A DNA stretch of 49,770 nt, taken from positions 62,001 through 111,770 of the forward strand of contig KZ538194.1 of assembly GCA_000934665.2 (NCBI GenBank), read 5' to 3'. The notes beneath the pieces were generated by a model. That model worked only from the letters and a program-made list of their open reading frames with translations, searched no databases and was not told the origin of the DNA. Positions 12,401 to 26,654 of this stretch are shown one piece after another. A program made the position numbers and the translations under genes. This DNA is from Catajapyx aquilonaris. Lineage: Eukaryota. Position 1 is the stretch's first letter; every line of letters begins with the position of its first letter.

Positions 12401-13257
12401 TGCTGCACAGTTGTACTTGTAATTTGAACTTTGATACTTTTTTGGTTAATTAAAAAACTCGCATTAGCAATACATCGAGGGAGAAGTAGCTGCACAGTTC
12501 TAGTTACTTTTGAAATCCTCTTAATTATATTGAAACAAGCTGAAAAATGCATCAGGTTGCTCACTCAGAGAAGCTGGATGCAGCAGACTCAAACTGTATA
12601 TGCAACGCACGAAGCACGTCCTAGAATGTTATTACTTCTCCTTTTATCCCGACATCAATTTCACACACAATTTCTTGGTCCAATTCGGGGTCTTGTTAGT
12701 TGCGACCCGTCCTGTCAAACTGTGGTCGATTTAAAATGTCCTCGTTGGTATCGTACCTGCAGCGGTTTATAATGAGACCAGCTCTTTGTAGGAGACGAAC
12801 AGCTTGTTACCGGGATGATTCTGAGGGAGGAGAAAAGGAAAGAAGAGAGAAAAAAAACCCTCCTTAGCCTAGTCCGTCTGGATTATGTTTTTGTTCGAGA
12901 AAAAGGATTGCGACTCTACGAGAAAGAAAATCCGGGGCCAAAATTCTATTGCGGAAATCGTCAATCCAATTCTCGCCGTGGGGTCCGGTTGGCACTCGTG
13001 CAAAGTCATCTCTGCAAGCCATTGCTGGCGAGGAAGACTTCATTTCCGTGACGGAATTAACTGGCAGAAAGTGAGTTTAAGGATCATCCAGTTTACCAAG
13101 GGCAAACCCAGGCAGTTTTCGGCAGGAATTAGTAATCTCGGGTATTAGAACCTCGTGTAAGATCGATCGTAAATGTAGGTCGAGCATATCGACGAAAATA
13201 GTAGCACGCGAGTAAATGTGCGTCTTAATCATGATACTTGTTATATACGTCCAAGAG

Positions 13258-13390
13258 AGCCAATAAGACGCGCTGTTTCTCCAGTGGCGCCAATCAGCGG
13301 CGTCTCTTCCGGTCTTGAACCAATCATGTTCGCGCTTAGTCTCTTAGCCAATCCCCATCCATTTTTAAATCTACTACCAAGCAATCAGCG
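13258..13390 (+). promoter_or_regulatory. Array of same-orientation CCAAT boxes at about 30-bp spacing
   Basis: CCAAT at 13260, 13290, 13320 and 13348, plus GCAATCAG at 13381, in a CpG-rich patch. Confidence 0.5.
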
Positions 13391-15245
13391 TTCGCTTCTT
13401 CTCTTTTCCCTCGTGGCGTATACTGTACTTCAGCCTCGAGTTATTACGCGCGACTAAAAAAACATCTCTATTATTTCATTATCCGACTCGGTAATTCCAC
13501 AGTTATAATTCGGTTTTGGAATTTCTCCAGAAGGCTGGTTCAGCGCATTTCACGGGCCATATCATCCTGCAGTTATAGGCTTATTTCATATAATGGAGGC
13601 ACATTCAATCGGGGAAAATGTACAGGAGGAAATAATTACAGACGGATACACCTTCAGGTCCTTCAATATAGTGGTTATTTCCAGATGATGGTAATCATAG
13701 GGTGGAATATTATTTTTGTCATTATGTCCGCTAGAGATGTACCCTCGAGGGCCATTGCTACAAAGCTAATTAGGGTCCTCTGTGAACGTTTTTATACAGT
13801 GTGGACTGGCGTTTGTAACTGTTGATTAACGACATAATTGGATCAAATTGACGCGTGCTGTTCATACAAGGGAGTGTAGTCGCAATAATAGTGGCAATTT
13901 TGATATTTAAATAACTATGATAACTTTAGGGACATAGGCACGCCTCAAAGTTATTTCAATTCAAACTACAGGAGACTAAAATTACAAATCACTTAGGTTT
14001 TTATAGAGAGAATTCAGAGTTTTGATCATGCTGGAGGAGACGGAAGAATCGGTTGTAGAAGAAAAGTCTTCTACTTTTTTTCCGGCTGATTGCAGCAGCA
14101 GTTTGGAAGTAGTTCGGGATCCTGACTGGATTTCCAATCGAATTGGATTCTGGTAAGGTAAGGGATAAGTGGTGCCTATTGGGACAATAGTCGTCTAACT
14201 CGGGGACAAAAGTTGCGTGTAGACGATGATCGGATTAGCTCATGCTCAACATTAAACGAATTGGTTCAACACACAGTTCTGATTAATGCTTTGTAACGCG
14301 ACAAAAGTAGCAAATAATTCTATAGTTTTTGCTGCCCTTTTGCGTCTGATACATCCACTGCGGCTATGAATAACTAGTATAAATAATGACTTTGCGAGTC
14401 TGAAAGTTTTCCCATCAATTTCAGCATTTTCATGAGTACAAGAATTCCCTAATGTCATCACCGATGCTATGACATTATCCTCGAACAACTGCAAAAGTTT
14501 AATTTGATTTTTCCCTATCTGTATGCTACATCCTGTACACACACTGCATCTCCTTTGTGCATTTATTTCCTTTGATATTTGTTATGGAGCATCTTGGCCT
14601 CACGGCTCCATAAGAAAATACTGCTCACAAGCAGTGGCGCGTGATATAAAAAAGTTTCACAATCCACAGAAATCCATGAATATCTGGAAAACGCCTTCGG
14701 GTGGTGATACCACGTTGGAGTTGCAGCTGCTACCAGCTCCCTTTATTTTAGAGGTTCAATTCTCGCACCGCCAGCACGTACGCTAGTGAACCATAAATTG
14801 CCATTTTAATATTAATTTAGCCCAAACATGGAGCACTGGCTCATATTCCGTCAATTCCACCATATTGGAATTCTCCTTGAATAATTAACCTGGCTCTATA
14901 CCAGTGTTATCCCCCTGATGGGACGCAGGATAAGACTATTTCCGTCCCGGATAATGACCAGCAGCGAGAAAGACGGCCCTCATGCATAATGAAGCACTTC
15001 CCCCCTCCCCGCCTCTCTCCACTGAATGACACCCCGCGCATACGTCTTTGCACCTGTGTAACCTGTAGGGAGAGGTAGGCCGGCACAATGCTCCACGTGA
15101 AACAGTCTTGCGCGGAATTGATCGTGACGTCAAGGGTAGAAAACGTGGACGGTGGCGGGGAAGCCCTCCGGAGTACACCGTAGTGCTCCGGGAGGCCTGT
15201 TGCGGGTACCAGGCACGATCCGGAGCTGGCAGGGAAGGGAGCACC

Positions 15246-15323
15246 ATGAGGCTGACCATGGTCCGGGGAGTGCTGCTCTTTCTGGTCCTCTGGGTCAACA
15301 CGGTCCATAGGGGAACCGGAGAG
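15246..15323 (+). CDS. C-type lectin domain gene, coding exon 1 (signal peptide MRLTMVRGVLLFLVLWVNTVHRGTGE)
   Basis: Good Kozak context (gcaccATG), hydrophobic signal-peptide-like core, and a GAG|gtaggt donor in phase 0 that is compatible with the exon at 36305. It sits in a GC-rich island. Linkage across 21 kb is inferred. Confidence 0.65.
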
Positions 15324-18300
15324 GTAGGTTGACCTGTGTTGCATGGGAGGGTCTCAGTGGGTGAAATATTTGGGCGAGGAGTGTAATTAATTATATAAAT
15401 TTAAGTATGTGTAATATACGAGTATACCAACAATTTTCGCATGTTCGTTTCGATTAAAAATTAAAGTGAATTTGTCAGAGTGGAATGTATTCAGAACCAT
15501 GAGGGAATATATATGCTCATAACATTGCCGGAAGCAGTTTTTAACTTAATTTAATAATTTAATGCTATTAAAATTAATATATAATTGAAGCTAATATAAT
15601 CATACAGAATTGATGCATGCGTATACTGTACTAACTGAAATGATAAATTATGCGTGTACAAAAAAACTGAGAGTAAAGCTGTTTTAAAGTTGTGTAAAGC
15701 TGACCGGATACTGTTTTATTAAAACTATCATAATTGTTTCAAATATTCTGCGGCGATATATATTTTAAATATCGCAGAAAAAATACGGAGGAAAAATACG
15801 GGTTTTTCCACCTGAAACTGAAACTGCCACAACATTTTGGCTGAGAGTGTCAAGATAGTGTTTGACAAACTGCCGAGTACTGTTGCATTACTGCCGGGAA
15901 CGCGTTTATTTGCACATTCAATACAGTACAATGAGGAAAGTTCAAATGGATGAATTGTGCAAGGGAGCCAGCCATACAGTTGTTATATCCATGCGGCTCT
16001 GGAAGACCAACGTAGCATCATATTTGTTTTTTTCCCATGCGCAACACTGCAAAGGTCAATATCCTTTTGTAAATAGTTTTACCGGAAATGCAACTATCTC
16101 CAGCGTATATCTGCATAGTAGTAATATGAGTAGTAATATTTTCTTTGCATCCGATTAATTGTAATGCATGAACAATATTGATACTACATTAGTTAGGGCG
16201 AAATTTATGCTCGAAATGTAACACACCTGCTACCGTAACAAAACTGAACTGTTTTGGCCAAAAAAAAGTTAACTAATTTTGCTCACAGGTTAAGTTTTCA
16301 AACGAAAAACGGGCCACTAAATTAGGAAACTGGATCGAAAGGTGCCGAGCTAAAAATGCGCGACTCTAATTAAATTTTCAAGAAGTCCGAGCGTGACACT
16401 CTGCCTTTTTACTAGTTAATAAGCCTAGGTAGGCATGTGATCCGTATACCCTGCTTCTCACTAAGAAGCAAAGTTAATATTCATATCCTCCCCTTTTACA
16501 TGGCGCGAAGAAAAAATGACCTTAGCCATTTTTCATCCTTGAACTCCCGCCATGGGATATTCAACTGCAAGGTGAATCGATGCACAGTATAGGACGATGG
16601 AAAGTGAGCCTTTGTGCAAATTTTGATATTTTTAAGTCTTAAAAAAGGAACTAAGGCTAGGGAATGTGATTAGCGAAAGTTTCCAACAAGCAAGGCTACA
16701 CTGAAGAACTTTACCGGTTCTTTTAAAATCGATATGGTCGTCAACGGTCTTTTGAAAAGGGTCGACCACGCAGGTCAATCAATGTCTGTATGGAGGGGGC
16801 CACGGTTAACGAAGGGTTTATGACGTACTGCGACGCAAATGCCAGCAAGGTTTCACAGGATTAAATAATATTATTTAAAAAAATGAACACTTTGCAGAAA
16901 ATCTACGTCAAAATCGATTATCATTATAACTGAGGAGAGATTATATTTCTCATGTGTGTCGTGCTTGCTTTAGCTTCAGAGTCTTTGATGTATGATATTA
17001 TTCCTCCGTAAGCTGCTTTGATGTCTGGTTCGGTTACCAAACCGGTAGGATATATGGTTGAGACGTTTTCATCAGCGTCTTTTTGTAGATGTTATCATGG
17101 ATAAGTTGCCGGCACAAAGAAATCGCCAGTGTGCCATATAGAGAGCAGATGGTGATCTGTGAGTATCTGATATCGATGTTCATATTCCTGTAGGAGTGTA
17201 GGTGGATAAAAAGAGTTCAGGAATTCTTATGTCGTCAGAGTGACCGGCCGTGTAAGTAAAAGTGAAAAGTTTAAATCAAAAATAACTTACGCATGGTTAT
17301 AAATCAAACAGTCTTGCGAATTATTACTCTCCCTGGGAGTCTTGAATTTTATATAAATGTCAGGCTTGTTGTTACAGAGGAGGTTGACACAATGAGGAAT
17401 CGTCTGTGTGTAGGATGGTATTAGCTTCCTCTTTTGGATCGAAAATGTCAGTTTTTAATGAGAACTTTTCGTATTTGTTTTGAACCGGCTTTTGGTGCAA
17501 AGGTATATAGGGAGCAACAAGCTACCATGCTAAACCTACTATATCTCTCTGATGTTCATGCAAGTTGCTTGTGATCAGTTCGGTCTTTCATATTGCGGGT
17601 TTACAAGCATTGGAACAATTGTTCTATTTTTCTGCAGCTTAGTGATGTGAATATGGTTGGACTATAAAAAAGTAAAACGTATAGCATTGCAGATAGAATA
17701 CATAACTGAAATGCACATTTGGGGCAAGGATACAATATGCTGAAAGCTGCTATTTGTAGGTTATTGCGATATTTAATACCACCAATTTGTGCTCCTAATG
17801 GTCTGCACACAGACCTAAACAAACTTGAATAGCTGAATTTTATATGTAAGAATTGCCCTCTTGGGCGAAAGACACACTTGTTAGTTTCAAGTCATGGTGG
17901 AAAATATGTTGAGTCAATGATGTGACCTTTATACCAAATATCTAAAGAGTTTTGATCCTATAATTTTTCTAGAAAGCAAGTATGCAAATTAGCAAAAGTT
18001 AATATGAAAGATTTGCAAATTTTGAATACTGTGCACAACGTACAGTACTGCACCACGGTCTATTCAGATATGTTAAAATTCAGTTCTGAGTACTCCAGCT
18101 CACGTATTACCAAGTATAGATCGGCAGTAGGCCTTTTAGACGGAAGTTTCTAAAAACATTTCGTTGCGGCACGATATCAACTTTATTTTCACGTCGAATG
18201 GCTCAAGAGGCAGTACTTTCCGTCGTTCCGCTCTCTCATTTCTTGCTGACTTGTACTTTCCTGATAGCAAAAATCTTCTCTTGCTACCCGAAAAAACCAA

Positions 18301-19545
18301 GCTCAAGAGAGCTAGGCTACGAGAAAGAAGAAAAAAAAGCAGCTGGAAGCTATCAAGAGTGGTAATATGTGCCCAAGGAGATATAAACTACTTATTAGAT
18401 TCAACATGGCGGAAATGCTTCCGGCTTCCAATTCTTTCCTCCCGAAATTTCTGATTGGATATGCAAAGCCCCAGGCCTGGTTAAGTGGCGTCGGTTTATA
18501 ACCTCTCCTTGGCCCTGGAGCATTTCCATGGGATCATTAGAGGCAACAGCATCCAATCTTCTCTACCGGTGGGTTCGAGGATTATTTTCTGACCCCTCCT
18601 GGTTTACACTCCTTGGCACATGTTGTGACACCTTGTACCCCCTGCAAACGAATGGGCCTTGCGAAAATCTGCTATGTACCCGGTTGTATTGATTCACGAT
18701 TTAAGTGTGGTGTAGCAAAATGGGAATTCATACATAAGCGTCTGCAAGGCTGAGGGACGACATGGATAATGCATCCAAATCCATTGTGAACCACCATAAG
18801 GGGGGTGCTCCATTTTTTTCATTTTTTTTTCTTCTTCAGTCCCCCACGTATATTTTTGGCATCCATGAAATGGCCTACCGAATTAGGTTTGCATAATGGA
18901 AGTGCATGTTGGAGGGACTAGATCCCATGGAGGAATCACACCTAGAACTCCCGTGGGAATCATATGGGTCGAATTCTCTTCTCATCGCTCCCAATCTGCC
19001 ATCCCATGCATCCATAATTTACACGCCCCATATGCAGGTTTAATGGAAATAAATGGAAGCTTGCCGTGGAATGGAGTTTCACATTTGATTTTGGCTTCAG
19101 CCTCTGGTCAATGCGACGGACCCCCCCCCCTCCCCCTCCCCCATGCCCTATGCCATCCAACCCCCCGACCCCGCCCATCGCTTTACGATGTCACATTCTC
19201 TCCTTGGAATTTTATGGGGCCTGAAGTTTTAAATTAAGGGGAGGGAATCTGGCGGCGTTACGAACCTTAACTTTTATCATAAATGTGCCTCTAAGTGCTT
19301 TTACACGGACTGGGAACGTCTTTTATGTAGCTCTTAGTGTTGGCCGCAAAGAAATTGTATTCCTTGTAAACTGTGCCCGTTATAAAGTTAAGTCCAGATA
19401 TCGCTCGTTCTTTCTAAGAGACTGTTTTTTACTACTTTGTTTGCGCTGTAGAGCGTAGTACGTCCCTGGCATGTATCCAGAAGACAAACTTGGTCCATTC
19501 ATAAGGATCTGCTAGCACCTATTTTGTAGTAATCAGGCGTCAATT

Positions 19546-19648
19546 GTCTGCCCGGCTAGTGGCAACAGGACCACATGGAACTAGGCCTAGCTCCATGTGG
19601 TCTGCCCAGCTAGGGGCAACAGGACCACATGGAGCTAGGCCTAGCTCC
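19546..19648. repeat. 54-bp tandem duplication containing a 34-bp palindrome
   Basis: Unit GTCTGCCC.GCTAG.GGCAACAGGACCACATGGA.CTAGGCCTAGCTCC repeated at 19546 and 19600. The palindrome GACCACATGGAACTAGGCCTAGCTCCATGTGGTC (19569-19602) has one mismatch. Confidence 0.92.
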
Positions 19649-22600
19649 CTCTTTGTCCCTTATATGCCCCCCCACTACAAAACTCAGTTTCTGAGTCAAC
19701 TGTTAGCACATTCACACTATTAGCATTACGCACTATTACTATTTTGAATATCCCATCAAAATGAGCAAATTCTTTTGTCCGTAACATGGAAGCGTTCCAG
19801 TACTTGTCTGCTCGTGTATTAGGCGATGTGGGTCAAAACCCATTTGGCAATCATCTGTGTGCCCGTATTTTTCCACGCTATGGCGACCGCTATAGATTCG
19901 GTGGTCGGGGGGAAGCAGCACCTGCGCTCTTCTCAGGGCCTGGTTCTATCCGGAGCCAGTCCCAAAGTGGCGCTGTTTTGGCGTCACGCTGCCTTGTCAG
20001 GCCGATGGGACGCAAGCTGCACGTTGCAGCTAAACCAGAGGCAGTTTTTATTCCCTGCAGTAGGCGGATTTCACGGACCGTATGATGGGAAATTTTGTTC
20101 TCTACCAGTTAACTCTGACCCGAGGGAGTCTAATCAGAAAGGAGGATGCATTCCTATCCTGCTGGATGAATTTTGTCAAGAATATATAGGGGTACTCCGT
20201 GCACAGAATGTCAGATATTCGGATAGGTTCACACGGATGTCTTTGCGGTTTATGGACAGTGGAGTTCGGTTGATTAACTTGATTATCACGTGTCAATGCG
20301 CAATCAATGGCATCAGCAGGCTTATTGCGCAGTTATGCTCGTTGTTGTATGTTGAGTTGCCGGATGAAAACATGGTGTGGTTGACCTAACTGTCGAATCA
20401 CAGATGTAATGGTGCTGCGATAAAAATGCCAAATGCAGAATACTGGCAGTAGGTTTGCGTGAGGTCATCAAACTGAATATATTTCCCACGGGAGGGCGCT
20501 AATTATGTAGGTCCGTGCAAAGTTTATACCAGCCATGATGGCCGGCTCTGATATGAAAAGGAGGCACAATATTGAGTTACCCAGAAACAGGGGATGAGAG
20601 CAACTGGGAAATATTATGAACAGTGAACAAGTGAAACATGGTGAAGTTCTGAATTTTTGCATTGTTCGGATTTTTAAAAATGCTCGTTATACCTGGCAGG
20701 CAAAACTGTAGTGTATGTGCAACAAAGTTATTTCCAGTATATATGTTTTCATGATTTTAGTAAACCAAGTATGTATATGAGGTGCATATTTAGACACAGT
20801 ATAGTGTGGGTAATATACTACAAATTTATTTCGAATTTTTCCTTTTGCAGTAATGCGGCATATTGATCATTTTTTTTTCGTCATCCAATAAGGTCAAAGG
20901 TATTTAAAAAATTTCTGTGCTTTTTGAGTCTTTGAACTGACTTTGAGTTGAGCAACAGCCTTGAGCCGCCTGGGTTAATCTTTCAACCAATTTCCTGAAT
21001 AGGATCCATCACGCTCGGAAATCATCCTTGCCCATTAATATTTAAGAAGTAAGTTAATTCCATCCTCGTTGTTCGTGAGCTGGAAATGTTTCCACTAGCG
21101 TAGATATATGCCTGAGGTAATTTCTTAACGCTATAAATGAGAGAAGGGGGCAACTCGACTTCCAATTTCCTGGTCCCTTTTTTGTCTTCATTCGCCCGCC
21201 TTAATTCGGAGCGGGCTTTTTCTGTTCACTCTAAAGAAGAAAAAAAATGTCGCAAATAATTTTTTTTTGTCCTGCTAGCGAGTCCTGAAAAAAAAGCTCA
21301 CGCTAGAACTGGGAGTGCACCCCGAAAATCCTCTGACACATACACATATAATTAGCGCCGGATTTATGGATTCTCTCGCATGCATAATTAACTTTTTTGC
21401 GCGGGTGTAATTCAATTACGAAGGCGCTTTAGACGCTTTTATACGCATAGTCACGCACCGAGCTTGACACTCGTACTCTGCGCTGGTCAAGTACGTAATG
21501 TGAGTGTCATAATATTACAGAGTGATGTAACCTGTAACTGCTAGAGAGTAAGGTTACAACGAATGATCGATATTAGAACATCTTCAGTTAGCGCAATGTA
21601 TCGACGTTGATGTCTGACACAAGCATGCAATATGATCTCTTTGCCCGAAAGCCAAGGGCTGTTGCATTTCTCTCTAGTGTGTGCTTGGAACAAGAACTGC
21701 TATACTAAGGGGGGGTATAGTGCAGATGCATGAGTCTGTTAAGGGTCGTAAATTAATTAGGTGGAAAGTTTCTCGTTGGGAGAGTAAAAATTTACCAGCC
21801 CAACTCTCAGAGCGTGTGTATATAGAGTGCGATGTTATTTCATTACGAGCTGGTTTCATATTACATGCTTTCCTGGCACGCTATTGATCCAGTATGGCAC
21901 GTGACTTATGTAATAGTACACCATATTTTTTTGCATAAATACGATGGTGTTGCATTGCACACTATAATCTGATAGTGCAAATATATGGAGAGTGAAACTC
22001 CCAGGAGAAATTGACACGGTGACGAAAAGCTGCAGAGTTTTGCCAATATGGAGATTATCCCCAGCAGCAATTTAGAGTTGCTCACAAATCATCATGTATT
22101 GAATTTAACATCATGCACATGATCACTGATGCACGCAAGGCTGAGCAGTGACATCAATTTCTTCTGGAGCATACCGCGAGGCCATCCATCAATTTTCAAA
22201 ATTTAAGGGTCTTTGCCTCAGAGTTTTTTATGCTGCCTTCTCAATAATTGGCATTGGGCTTCGCCTTTTGAACTTTTTTTTTGTTCCTCTCTGTATTCAA
22301 TAAAAGTCTTGGAGAGAGTTCAACACAGACTGCTATACTACTGATATTATTGCACATATGAATTCCTGCCGGGATGTGGGCCACACAGGTATACCGAGAG
22401 GTATATGCAAATATTTCGTTTTGAACGAAGTTTTCTGATATCGTTGCCTGCGGTTGAGCCATGACATACACGTACAGTTCGCCTTATGTGTTTCAGAATG
22501 TAAACAAAGGATATAGAGTGAATCGACATTACACGCTATACGTTCTAGTTTTACCTTTCTGCAGAGAGCTAGAGGTCTCCGTCTGACTCTAACGTTATTT

Positions 22601-24669
22601 TAGATTGGCTACCATCCAAGGAAAACGATCGTTTGAGATATAATTTTCGTTTGTACCTGCACTTTCTCTTCCAGTTCCAGTCCCCCGCCCGCGTTCGTTG
22701 ATATAACTATAGTCATTACACGCAAAGTTTCTGATATTTTAGCATAAATAAAGGTCAATCCCGGGTGACTCATTAAGGTACAATATTGCACTCGCATATT
22801 TGGGAGATAATCACGTTAATCCAGTAAATTCATAATAATGACGGTGTTATAAAGTTACTCATATGCCTGAACTTGCGTCACTGTAACTGGAGTACTGTAA
22901 AGTTATTTGCATTTTTGCCCAATTAGATGATCTCTACAGTTAACGAACGTTGCCCGCCACATCTACAGGTCCCTCTCCGCGACACGTTGTGAAAAATAGA
23001 CACTCAAGCATAATTTCTGCACCGACAGTGCATTACAAGCAATATTACAAGTCAATATTGATAAACCCAAAAAGAACACTATTCAAAAAGCTACTGGTGT
23101 CATCACGTACTGTACGCTGTCATGAGCCTACGTGTTGCGTTAACCAATTGCGTGCAGTGAAATGGCATTGCGTAATAATATGCAGTAACCCTCACTATAG
23201 TAATCGTGTAAACAATAATGCCGAACATGTGGAAATTATTCTTTCCAGGTCATTGCATGCGCCTATAACCATATATGAAACCGGCATTTATTTTACGCAG
23301 TGACTCTGAGGAAAAACACTGCAAGCATAATATTATTCCATATTTTAATATTTTCTGCCACACTTCACACATGGTAATTGACATATAGATATGAAATTAT
23401 GCATAATAAGAATGAATTCGCGAAATGGAGATTTGAATATTGCATTTTCCCTGATTTTTCCCCCCTTCAAAATTTATACTACACGGGGATGTGGCTGATT
23501 TTACAGTGAGAAGAAAAAGTATGTGTCAAGGCCTATATTGCACCCTGCTTAACTAAATTTCAACCAAAATCATTCCACATTTCAATCTTTCATACAATTT
23601 GACAGAACAAGGCGCCATCTAAAATCCTATACCTCCCTTCAAATCTGCTTCACCTTATATGTCGCAATGCATATTCCGTCCCCATTCTCCCCAACTCAAA
23701 ACCTGTCCAAAGAAGTCCATGTCGACCGTCAATTGCAGCAGAACCCGAGAAAACCGGCTGGAGACAGTCGGAATAATCCGCACCTCTACGAAATTCACAG
23801 CCGTCATTTGCATTGTCCTTCTTCGTCGAAATTGTGATGCATCAAGTCCGTGGCACATCAGAAACCCGGCAGCCATGAAGAAGTTGTCTTAATTGAATTA
23901 CCCCAAATCTGTCGTGAACGGTTTATTCCCACAAAGATACACGACTCGTTCATTAGGCAGTGAGGGAGGCATAGGCTTCCCAACGCCTTCCTATCTTAAT
24001 AACACTTCATTCCAGCAGATGCTTAATCAAGCTCCCCTCTTTCCTCCTGATTATGGCTTTTCAATGAGGAGTGAAGAAAATTTCCTCCATTAACCATAAG
24101 AATAGGTAGGAAGATTTGGGCTCTGCTTATATAGTGTACTGTACCACTCTTCCATTCGAAGGCCTTTCGCCATTAAGCAAAGTGAAGATATGGGGGATTC
24201 AGAGATGGATTATGAAGGGAAGGGGGGCAGAAGTAGTTTGAGACTTTGAGTGCTGGGCCAAAGGCGTTGATGCTTCCACTTTACACTGCCAATAGGATCC
24301 AGATTTGAAAGCCAAGAACTCGGGGAGGGAATTGCAATCGGGTTCTGCTGCTGGGGTAGGGGGATTTGAACATGTCAGCATTATTACTGGAGGGAGGATA
24401 TACGTTTTCTGAGGATGTAAAAATAGGATTTTGAAGAAGATGGGAAACTTTGAAGTTGCTTGTCAAGAGAGGTTGACATTGCTGTGTGAGTGGTTTTATT
24501 AATTAGCGGTGCTGGCATATAAGATTGGGGGTTCTTTTTTCACTACTGCAATATCAGACACTAAATTCCTTTGAGGCCCAACAATGCACTTGTAGTCAGC
24601 TTGTAGCTCTCTGTCATATTTGATGTGGCGCATGGAGTCTTTGGTACATACCCTCCAGTGGACTCTCTC

Positions 24670-24860
24670 TGGGCCCACACTCTACTTTCTAAGGCACTCG
24701 AGCTAGCCACACCGAATTCGGTACCTCAGTGGGTACTTGCGAGTGTGGTCAGCCTGAACAAACAGTACTCAGCTTCATCATAGAAGCATGCCACATGTAC
24801 GGCAGAACCCGAGGCATGTCAAGTGGTGCAGAGTGGATAAGGTCAGCCAGATATTTAACC
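24670..24860 (+). mobile_element. Decayed LINE (I/Ingi-like) ORF2 C-terminus with CCHC-type zinc knuckle
   Basis: W..TLYFLR (compare WxTLNRLRT), followed by CECGQPEQTVLSFIIEAC.MY...AEWIR (compare CxCGxxxQTxxHIxxxCP...AxxWL). Confidence 0.55.
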
Positions 24861-26564
24861 ATGCAAGATTTTCTACAAGCCAAAGTATATGGGTGTCATA
24901 TGCAGTTTCATGCAAGCTGCAACGAAAAACATGTCCGCAAAATATCGGAACAACGCCACGCCACTGCATAACAGCTTTTCCATCATTACGTATAAAGACC
25001 TACAGAGAGAGGCCCCAGTGTGAACCACAGAAGGACTTTGTGAGTTTATATCCGATTTAGCTATGTCCTCTCTGTCTTTCTCTGAGCACTCACCGCCAAC
25101 CCCTTGTTGTTTTTACAGCGGCTGAGATTATAGTGCATCTGCGTAATTGCGGCGTAATTTCGAATTAACGGCAGGAGATGAAACCTGACCAGCACTAATT
25201 ATTAATTACGTCGCCACAGAGTTGATCCTCACACGAGATTGAAAGGATGATCCCATTGTTGGTGAGACCCCCAGTCCTTTGTGCTATGGACCAATGATGT
25301 TTGTATTCATCGCGGACAGTCCTGTAAAACTCCGATTGAAGGTAAAAGCGCCAGGCCTGTACTTATATACGTGACACCGTCGACAAAAGAACGATTCTTT
25401 ATGTTGCGGTCTTTACGACAATCTTCCGGTCGGCGTAAATCATGGCGGAATGGCGAAGAAGGATCTTTGAGCCTGAGAATGGTCTCAGGTTTTCTCCAGT
25501 GATGCGTTCTGAGGCCGTGAAATGTGGGATGACATAAATATCTCCAGTTTAGCCGGATGTTCGTAGTCACCACAAAACTGGGTTCCTAAATCTTACTTGT
25601 GCAGTTTAGGGGTGTTGCCCCACAGGGCGGTTGCAAACCGTTTACGCTATATTGTCTGGTGATTTATTTCCTAGTACGTTATGAGGAGTCGTAAATTACC
25701 TGGCGGTTCATTTTGGAGGTTGGACCTCTCATAATGTCGCTTTATACACTTTGAGTTACGCGACGCACGTAAACGCAACATTACAGTAACACCTATGCAG
25801 TTGCGGATTAGCATTGCCCCAGGTATGCAGCAGCAATTAATAATTGACAGTATGACAAAAAATTGCTCTTGCAGAAATTATCTTGGACAGCTTCAAAAGT
25901 CTGCCGAGCAGATCGCCCGCAATGTCCCACTACGAGTTAGGAACATGTACCGCATTGTTTGATCCCATGCTAACAATAATGTGACGCTAATGGCATATAG
26001 AAATGCTAGTGCTCATTACTATGTACAGACGTGTGTGCCACTAATTGCGCAGCCAGTAATTATATTGCATTTAATCCACAATTGATGTCCAATAATAACG
26101 AACCTAACCCTGCTCCACCAGCTCGAATGGCAGGCACTGTGTCATTTTATTGTTGGCATTTCGAGTACGCTGCTGAGACTTTCAACGAAAAAACTGGGGA
26201 AAAAACTACTCTTTCTATCGCTTTCTACACTCTCAACTCCACTCTAAATTGATCCTACTAGGGGTGGAGGGGGCACAGCAGGATAAATATTTCAGTAGGA
26301 CTGTGTATTTGAAAATGGATGTGATTTTTGCTGTGCGACTGAAATCCTACTGCAGCAGGGGTGAAATGTGCTTCATACAGGTCGGTGTTTATTTATTGCG
26401 TGCAAGGCTGAAAGCATGTTGTGTCCTTTATCAATTTAGCAACCCTCGGGACACGCCCGCCATATACATATACGGATGAAACACAATGTAAGTTACTGCC
26501 TGTGACAGATGGGGAAGAAATCCGGCGAGACATAGTAATCCAATTTTTTGTTTACAAAAAAAAA

Positions 26565-26654
26565 NNNNNNNNNNNNNNNNNNNNNNNNNNNNNNNNNNNN
26601 NNNNNNNNNNNNNNNNNNNNNNNNNNNNNNNNNNNNNNNNNNNNNNNNNNNNNN
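26565..26654. other. Assembly gap (90 N) between poly-A and poly-G runs
   Basis: Seen directly. Further single Ns occur at 41418 and 47286. Confidence 0.99.

Noticed and set aside
14907..15344. Minus-strand 145-aa and 121-aa ORFs
   Set aside because: Stop-poor antisense frames of the GC-rich lectin exon-1 island.
19826..20389. 187-aa ORF, the longest unassigned one
   Set aside because: No recognisable domain, no convincing splice signals and an unremarkable composition; probably a chance intronic ORF.
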